DNA of 64,000 nucleotides from Marsupella aquatica (Eukaryota; Plantae; Marchantiophyta): NCBI GenBank assembly GCA_973895155.1, contig OZ316899.1, positions 1,201,573 to 1,265,572 of the forward strand, read 5' to 3'. Shown piece by piece: positions 36,140 to 43,483 of this stretch (position 1 is its first letter; each line of letters starts with the position of its first letter). The notes under the pieces were generated by a model. It saw only the letters and a program-made list of their open reading frames with translations, ran no database searches and was not told where the DNA came from. The position numbers and the translations under genes were made by a program.

Positions 36140-39100
36140 GACCTTGAGACCATTCAAGAAGGAGAGGTCGGAGTCCACCCAAGAGAATCGATCTCCAGGA
36201 TGAGGAATTTGAGTCGGGTGACGAAAAAGAGAATGAGAAATCCGATCCCGAGGAGGGGCCACAGGATGATCTTCATGACGACGCCGATTGGGAGAACAAG
36301 CAAGAGTCTAATGATGACAACGATGATGATGACAACGAAGCAGACTCCCGCGAAGGTGAACTACGTTCAAAAACCCGATGTGATCACGAAGGAAGGCAAT
36401 TTCATCGAGATGAAGATGATGAAAGCAAATCAACAAATGCAGATTCTGGGAATGAATATTTGTCCCCACGGTGGGAGACCGAAAAGTCAGACGGAGAATC
36501 GGAGGATTCTGAGAGTCGGGAAAGAGAGGCCGAGAAGTTGAGGAAAAAGAAGGCGGAGTTAGAGAAAGAGCTCGAGTTGGCAGAGAGAAAACTCAAGTTG
36601 GACTTGAAATCTGGCTCCGGATCAAAGCAGAATGTGGATGAGGGTGAGACTTTGGGAAAAAAGGAAAAGAAAGTATACGTCTTGAATAAGAAAAAAAAGG
36701 AAAGTGAAGATAGGGAGAGGAAGGAGAGACAGAAAAAGGAACGGCGGGAGAAAGAGGACAAAGAGAAGGTGCTCCAGGAAGAAGAGTGTAAGGAGAGAGA
36801 GAAGAAAGAGAAGGACGAGGAACAAGAGCGGAAGGAGAGGGAGAAGAAAGAGAAGGACCAGGAAGAAGAGGGGAAGGAGAGGGAGAAGAAAGAGAAGGAC
36901 GAGGAAGAACGAAAGAAGAAGAAAGAGGATGAAGACCAAGATAAAGGGAACCAGGAGGAGGAAGAGAAGAAGGGGGAGGAAGACGATGAAGATAAGGAGA
37001 AGGACGAGGAGGAGAAGAAGGAGGGAAGGAGCAACATGAAGAGACTGAGAGGAAGGAAAAAGAAGAGGGGGAGAGTCAAGAGGCAGATGATGAACAAAAT
37101 GAAGAGGAAGACAGGGAGAAGAAAGAAGAGGAAGGGAGGAAGAGGAGAGAAGCTGAACAGAGAGAAGAGTATGAGAGGAAAGATTCAGAGAGGAAGGAGT
37201 TGGAGAAGAAAGAATTGGAGAAAAAAGAGAGGAAAGAGAGTGAAAGAGAAGAGAAGGAAAGAGAAGAGAGGGAGAGGAGAGAGGGAGAAGAGAGAGAGAA
37301 GAGAGAAGCAGAAGAGAGAGAAGCGAGGGAAAGAGGAGAGAGGGAGAGGAGAGAAGCTCAAGAGAGAGATATTATATATAGATATCCATAGATATATTAC
37401 ATCCTGCATTAACGCAGGTCCTATTGTTCTCTATTGGCCATTCCTTGATTCAACATTCAATCATATGCAGAGTATCGATCATACATTCACACATACATTC
37501 ACACATACAGGTTTCGGTACTGCGAACATCTGTTAACCATGGAAGTAAGACTTGCTTATTCTGTATAACTACTCTTATTTATAAACTGTCAATTTTCAAA
37601 ATAACTAGATCTATAAAGCTGAGTATCTTTCGATGCTGAGCACTGCTTGGTGACAGTGGTACTCAAACGCTGTGTCCATAGCATTGAGCATGGACCATAT
37701 TTTTTTACCGGGAATGGACGGACTGTTTCCATTCACAATTCCAATGTCTTCGTTCAGCCCCCGCCATTGGATTGAGATTGTGCTTTAGTAGGCACAATTT
37801 CTAGTCCCATGTTTCTGCAGCGATGTCTAGACGGCTGCGGGGAGACATGGGCCGGAAAAAGTCGAGTCTCCCAAGCCTTGTTACGTTCCTTTTTATTATT
37901 AACTTCAACATCACATTCATGCATACCAATACGTCGTGAATGGTATAGAAAAGAAGGAGCAACATCTGCTGTAAAAAAGTGTGAGCTAGCACCTGATTTG
38001 GTGGGTTGCCCATTGAGCCACGACAGGTTGTGTGTCACTGTGTTGCTTCAGCAGTCCTTGATTCTTGGTCTGCGCTGCTGGTCCCACGATCTCCTTGCCA
38101 GTGCAGTGTGTCCTCTTACTCTGCCATGCATGTCAGCCTATGCTTCCCACAGGGTGTGTGCTTCTTCACCTATCGAGTGTTTTCAGAGAAATGTAAGCTC
38201 TGTGGCTGGAGAGGAGAGAAGCTGAACAGAGAGAAGAGTATGAGAGGAAAGATTCAGAGAGGAAGGAGTTGGAGAAGAAAGAATTGGAGAAAAAAGAGAG
38301 GGAAGAGAGTGAAAGAGAAGAGAAGGAAAGAGAAGAGAGGGAGAGGAGAGAGGGAGAAGAGAGAGAGAAGAGAGAAGCAGAAGAGAGAGAAGCGAGGGAA
38401 AGAGGAGAGAGGGAGAGGAGAGAAGCTCAAGAGAGAGAAGAGAAGGAAAGAGGAGAGAGGGAGAGGAGAGAGGGAGAAGAGAGAGAGAACCAAGGGAAAG
38501 AGAAGAGAGGGAGAGGAGAGAAGCTCAAGAGAGAGAAGAGAAGGAAAGAGAAGAGAGGGAGAGGAGAGAGGGAGAAGAGAGAGAGAAGAGAGAAGCAGAA
38601 GAGAGAGAAGCGAGGGAAAGAGGAGAGAGGGAGAGGAGAGAAGCTCAAGAGAGAGAAGAGAAGGAAAGAGGAGAGAGGGAGAGGAGAGGGAGAAGAGAGA
38701 AGCAGAAGAGAGAGAAGCGAGGGAAAGAGAAGAGAGGGAGAGGAGAGAAGCTCAAGAGAGAGAAGAGGGGGAAAGAGAAGAGAGGGAGAGGAGAAAGCGA
38801 GAAGAGATGGAGAGGAGAAAGCGAGAAGAGATGGAGAGGAGAGAAGCTGAAGAGAAAGAAGACGATGAGAGGAGAGAGGGAGAAGAGAGAGAAGAGAGTG
38901 CAAGACAGGATCGGGAGAGAGAACAAGATGAAGAGACGGACAGAAAAACTGAAGGGCAATCGAAAAGGGAAAGGAAAGAAGTTGATAGTGAACAAGATAT
39001 GGAGTGGGCGCCTGATCCGCTCAACAATGAAGCAAATGACTTCCTCCATTTCTCAGCTGACAATACGAGCTTGGACATGGCGACTGATATGCAATGCGCG

Positions 39101-39200
39101 GATACTTTGAGGGAGTTAAGACTCCCGTTTGGGGGACCAACGATTGAAGAAACAGAAGTTATCAAAATTGGAGTCTGGAAAGAGAAAACTCGATTTTGAT
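36140..39200 (+). repeat. Purine-rich coding tandem repeats (D/E-rich, then E/K/R-rich coiled-coil-like tract), frameshifted
   Basis: GA-rich DNA; the natural frame reads EREEKEREERERREGEEREKREAEERE...; the unit GAGAAGCTCAAGAGAGAGAAGAG recurs about every 100-120 bp in 38420-38770. Confidence 0.8.
37369..38209. other. 841 bp unrelated insert flanked by a 228 bp direct duplication
   Basis: 37141-37368 is repeated at 38210-38437; the intervening DNA has ordinary composition. Confidence 0.75.
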
Positions 39201-39470
39201 GACTCTTCTAATAATGACTTCATGAAGCCGCGGAACACTGTTCCGCCAGAGACCACTTCATCTCGGGACGGCAATTCGAGTCTTCATGGGACTGTAAAAG
39301 AGATATTGTCGCTATCAGATTTGAAAGCCATAAACTCGAGATCAGAGTCTGCTAGAGTCTGCTTCTTTGCGAGTTCCAAAGGTACCATTTCTGGAATTTT
39401 AGTGAAGCTTTAGACGGTTTCAACTAGTGTGGAACGAATAAGTGGCTAAAATAAACTTTGATTTTGCAGA

Positions 39471-40155
39471 TAATGCCTCTTACATGATCTGAAAGTAGCA
39501 AGAGGTTGATAGACAAATCCCTCAGTCTATCTTTGGATGATAGAGAGGTTTTGACTACTATCAATGACATTGACATCACTCGTAAAGTTATGAAGTCTCT
39601 CCGTCCCAGAGACTGGTTGGCCTCGGATATTATTAATGGATACTTCATTTTATCAAAGGAAAAAGTGATATCTTCAAGATGTCATTTTTTCAATACGGGT
39701 TTTATGGTAAACTCACAAAGAACGAATATTGTTACAGTCCGTGCATATCAAGATGGTCGTCACGACTAGGATATAGCTTGTTTGATTGTGACAAAGTTTT
39801 TGTCCCAATTCTCCAGAACTTTCATTGGACTCTTGCTATCATTGACTTCAAGAAAAAGAGTTTAAAATATTTAGACTCCTTTCATAATGCAGATTCCAAA
39901 GTACTAGAGAACTTATGGCGATATATGTTAGACGAAGCAAAAGATAAAGGACTTGCTTCTTTTGACATTAATGATTGGAGTCGATCCTTTCCAAAAGATA
40001 TTCCAAAACAGGAGGATTCATATAATTGCGGAATGTTTGTAATTATGTTCACTTATTGTGAGAGTTTAGGAAAACCCTATTCATTCCATTGGAGTAGTCA
40101 ATGTGTAAGTCAACGTGAAGTAGTTCTCCAATTACTGCGTAAGAGTATTAGTTAG
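39471..40155 (+). pseudogene. Ulp1/C48 SUMO protease, ESD4/ULP1a-like; one frameshift in a T run at ~39685
   Basis: SLRPRDWLASDIINGY..CHFFNTGF|YGKL..RWSSRLGYSLFDCDKVFVPI..FHWTLAII..YLDSF..LWRYMLDEAKDK..PKQEDSYNCGMFV; His, Asp, Gln and Cys catalytic residues are present. Confidence 0.93.
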
Positions 40156-40266
40156 TCTATTAGAATCAGAATTCATTTTAGAATATGTTTCCTATTGAAA
40201 TGTTTAATAAAATTGATATTGTAAGTATTGGTTGTTACATGATTATGTGAGTAATATGTTATTGCT

Positions 40267-40968
40267 TTGTTTTATTTGGCACAGGTGGTGAAATATTTTA
40301 AAGGTACAAGATTGCTTGTACTTGATATGGATGCATTTCTTTATTATCCTTGTGAGGTATCATCGAAGATCAACAAGTCGAGATTAATCGCGGTGGACAA
40401 TGTTACAATATGTACACGACCATTTTTCCACCAGTTTATGAAATTCTGTTTTGAGCATTTTAGTGTAGGAATTTGGTCACGGATGTCAAAAAAAATACTG
40501 ACAAAATACTTGGCAGTATTACTAAGCCACGGTGAAAGGAGTACACTGAAGTTTTCCTTTGGGAAAGAGAAATTATCGAGAATTGGTCTCGATGCTAACC
40601 AGGACTTTGTTTATTTGAAACTACTTGAAACCGTGTACCTTAAGATGCCACATATAATTAGAAAGAATGTGACACTTCTAGATTTGCCGAGTAATACATT
40701 CTGCAACACTTTTTGGTCATCTTTATATCCTCCTCCGTATCATGGAGGTGAAGATGATATATTTTTGAGAACTCAACTTATTCCTTATCTTTCTCGATTT
40801 TACGAGTTTGATAATTCGTGGAATTATGTTCAAGACTATTATCCGGATTGGTCCCTAGAGTCTTTACATCTAGCTTGGGAGACAAATGAGAAGAAATGGA
40901 AATCTTGTCGTGTATTTCAAAGGAAGGGAAACGTACATCATGTAGCAAAATTTAGAGCCCACACTTAG
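40267..40968 (+). CDS. FCP1/NIF-type HAD phosphatase-like protein (partly degenerate motifs)
   Basis: RLLVLDMDAFL, RPFFHQFMKFCFEHFSVGIWS, NVTLLDLP, LYPPPY..DDIFL..LIPYL. A likely splice acceptor at ~40282 suggests an upstream exon. Confidence 0.8.
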   Translation: MFYLAQVVKYFKGTRLLVLDMDAFLYYPCEVSSKINKSRLIAVDNVTICTRPFFHQFMKFCFEHFSVGIWSRMSKKILTKYLAVLLSHGERSTLKFSFGKEKLSRIGLDANQDFVYLKLLETVYLKMPHIIRKNVTLLDLPSNTFCNTFWSSLYPPPYHGGEDDIFLRTQLIPYLSRFYEFDNSWNYVQDYYPDWSLESLHLAWETNEKKWKSCRVFQRKGNVHHVAKFRAHT

Positions 40969-41329
40969 TTACAAGTAGAAGATTACTTTAGACAGTAGTG
41001 GATTTTATTCCGCTATTGGATGCACAATGTACTATTTGATGACAATAAAATAATTGTTTGATTATTTTTGCAATTAATTAAAACCTGTGTGGGTTTAAAT
41101 TATAGGTTTCAATATTTTGTATTGTCAAATTGGATATTCTATTTGTTGCACTAAATTGAATGGTGTGTGCACAAACAAACATTTTAATATGTTGGGGATC
41201 GAAGAGGTTTCATTGGTCATAGCCAGAAGATGTCAGGTTTCGGGCCGGGGGTGTCAGTCATGTGTTGGGGGCCGGGGGAGAGTGGATGGGGTTTGGGGGT
41301 AGGCCTCTGGAGGTGTTGGCCCTGAAATA

Positions 41330-41748
41330 GGGGGTCTCAATTATGAGATCCCGGTCCGCCAAGACGGGGCCGGGATGAGAACTCTGAGACGGCCCTCCAA
41401 GACGGGGCCGCGATGACTCCCACTATGGGGCCGGGATGACGCCCACTAAAAGGGGGGGGAGAATTTTGAGCGGCCATAGCTAGAGCAGCTTTCGACAAAG
41501 CAGCGTTCGGCAAAGCAGCTCGCACACACAAGTGTGTTCGATGTTGCCCTAGGACTATCAGCCTTGGGAGATAAGAGCCAGGAGCGGGGCAAGGCAAGTA
41601 GCGACTTAGTCGGGTGCCAAACGGTCATGGGACTTTGTTGGCTCCCGGGTCGGATGTGTGACGACGGTGGTTTTGGACGCCGACACCCTTTTGGCGGATG
41701 TCCATTTTGGGCCAAAACTGGGCACGCGGGAAAATAATTGAGACCCCC
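41330..41748. mobile_element. MITE-like element (~420 bp) with a 15 bp TIR and TA flanks
   Basis: TA|GGGGGTCTCAATTAT (41328-41344) and ATAATTGAGACCCCC|TA (41734-41750) are perfect inverted repeats; GC-rich interior without a recognisable ORF. Confidence 0.8.
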
Positions 41749-42106
41749 TAATGGCTCCCCAATCAGGAATGGATCCTGCAGATCCCGGGACCCTGCCCCA
41801 ATCCTGGCCCAGACCCAGCCCGGATTGCTTCGAACCCCGTTGCTTGCTTGACGTTTATGAGGGTGTTTTTTTCACAATTTGATCATTGGGCAAGGTCAAC
41901 CCAGATTCAGTCTCTTTAATTTGTTATAATGTCACTAATGTTCTGCCCATAAATGAGATTTGGAGGCTTCTTGGGACCCGTACCGCAAAACTAAAATGAA
42001 AGTTAAGTAGATTTATATTTTTAATTCTATAAAATAAAATAAAATTATATTACATAAATATATTATATAAATGCATTTGGGAATTTGTGGAAATAAAACA
42101 TTCCAC

Positions 42107-42125
42107 TATTGTCTAAATTGGTGTT
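42107..42125 (-). repeat. Right TIR of the giant DNA transposon
   Basis: Exact reverse complement of 19491-19509; followed by TSD TGGT. Confidence 0.92.
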
Positions 42126-43354
42126 TGGTGGACTCGGTTCTTCCATCTTGGGCATTCCTGCACGATATGCCCGGATTGGAAGCACTTTGAACACCACGCA
42201 TGGGCTCGGGTCTCTGGTGGCTTCTTCTTCTCCACCGGCTTTTCCGTGAGATGTACTGACAATGCTTTGAGACGATCTGTGATTTCGTTAAGCTTGTCTA
42301 TTTCGGCAGCCTTTGGATCAGGTATCGCTCTTTGAACACGGGGCTTGATTTTCCCCTCCTTCTTAACCAGCCTCTTCTTCTTCTTGCCCCGGCTCTCGCT
42401 CTCCGAATCACTTCCTGATGAGCTAGAAGTGGAGGATCCGCTGGTCGAAGTCGAATCCAAACTAGATTCTGTCTCCGAACTGGACGAGGTCGAACAATGA
42501 TGCTTCTTCTTCTTGCGTTTCTTCTTCTTCTCGTTGTACGATCCGGAGTCACTGTCACTGAAGGTCTCGTACTTGCCCTTCCTACGGCGTGCCCGCTGGC
42601 TTTGCCGGGAGTTATAGGTGGACTCCCGGTAGGTTTCAGCGCACGCTATGGCTGCTTGCATTGAAATTGGGTTATTCTGGCGCACCCAGAATTGCATATT
42701 CATGGGCAAACCATGGAGGAACCACGTAAGCTGGAGCACGTCACCCGGCCTAGGCCGGATCTTGGCAGCAAGTTTCTGAAACTTCTGAATGAACTTTTGT
42801 AGGGACTCCTTCTTTCCCATGCAAAGCTGGCCGATCTTTAATAAAGAATGTTGCTCTGATCCAATGGCACGAAACTCTTGGAGCAACGTAGCTTGGAATT
42901 GTGCCCATGTAGTCCCGGGTGGCAGCGAGTTGTACCATGGACGAGCTTCTCCCCACATCACTCCGGGGAGGACGGTTAGCTTAATGGCGTCTTCCCCATT
43001 GGCCTTAGCAGTGGCTTCAAACTCATCCAACCATTCATCCAGATCATCCCCATGATGCCCTTTGAAAGGTCGATAATGGAACCGCAACCATTGTGATATT
43101 TGTGGGGGAGCTTGGGCAGCGCGGGCCATAGCCGGTGGGGCGGCTGCCATAGGTACTGGTGGCGGTGGCAGTGCTGGTGGTGGTGCAGCAGGGACCAGAG
43201 CAGGACCGGACCCCAAAGGTCCCGGTGGTATGTTCATTTGTCGAGGTGATTGCAAATCCTCCGAACCTAAAGAGTCGGAGCTTGTGGGGGTTGCACTCTC
43301 TCGTTCAATTGTCAATCCCCTCAAGTAAGTTGCTTGAGAACGAGTGACGGGCAT
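42126..43354 (-). pseudogene. Element X gag (N-terminal ~410 aa), interrupted by the DNA transposon
   Basis: MPVTRSQ start, PFKGHHGDDLDEWL, ARPWY, WFLHGLP, Ser/Lys-rich linker, knuckle CSKCFQSGHIVQEC. Confidence 0.92.
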
Positions 43355-43460
43355 TTACTCGTATAAATGCAATGGTTAGTAACTCACAAGGGCCTCATGT
43401 ATTCTGCCCAGGTGCACCCGCACATGTCTCCCCTCTACTACACGTAGAGTGCCCCCTCCA

Positions 43461-43470
43461 TCTAGCGCCA
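43461..43470 (-). promoter_or_regulatory. Putative primer binding site of X (TGGCGCTAGA), 13 nt from the LTR
   Basis: The minus strand reads LTR...TGTGACA-TAGCCTTTGTTTT-TGGCGCTAGATGGAGGGGG, resembling Tat-type PBSs. Confidence 0.6.
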
Positions 43471-43483
43471 AAAACAAAGGCTA

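Larger units (their letters stand above)
19491..42125. mobile_element. Giant (22,635 bp) TIR DNA transposon with a Sola-related transposase and multi-gene cargo
   Basis: Perfect 19 bp inverted repeats AACACCAATTTAGACAATA (19491-19509) and TATTGTCTAAATTGGTGTT (42107-42125); TGGT on both flanks (19487-19490, 42126-42129); excision restores X's gag frame; a DDE-type transposase lies inside. Confidence 0.92.

Noticed and set aside
36704-38850. Arg/Gly/Lys-rich protamine-like ORFs
   Set aside because: They are alternative frames of the same purine repeat; the E/K/R frame links to the flanking sequence.
36402-39165. Long hydrophobic F/L/S-rich ORFs on the minus strand resembling membrane proteins
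   Set aside because: They are antisense shadows of the GA-rich repeat, which lacks stops on that strand.
19497-42119. Alternative boundaries: 9 bp TIR (TAGACAATA) with an AATT TSD
   Set aside because: Excision on these limits leaves the gag frame broken (TPIGVTRWN*). The 19 bp TIR with TGGT restores it exactly.
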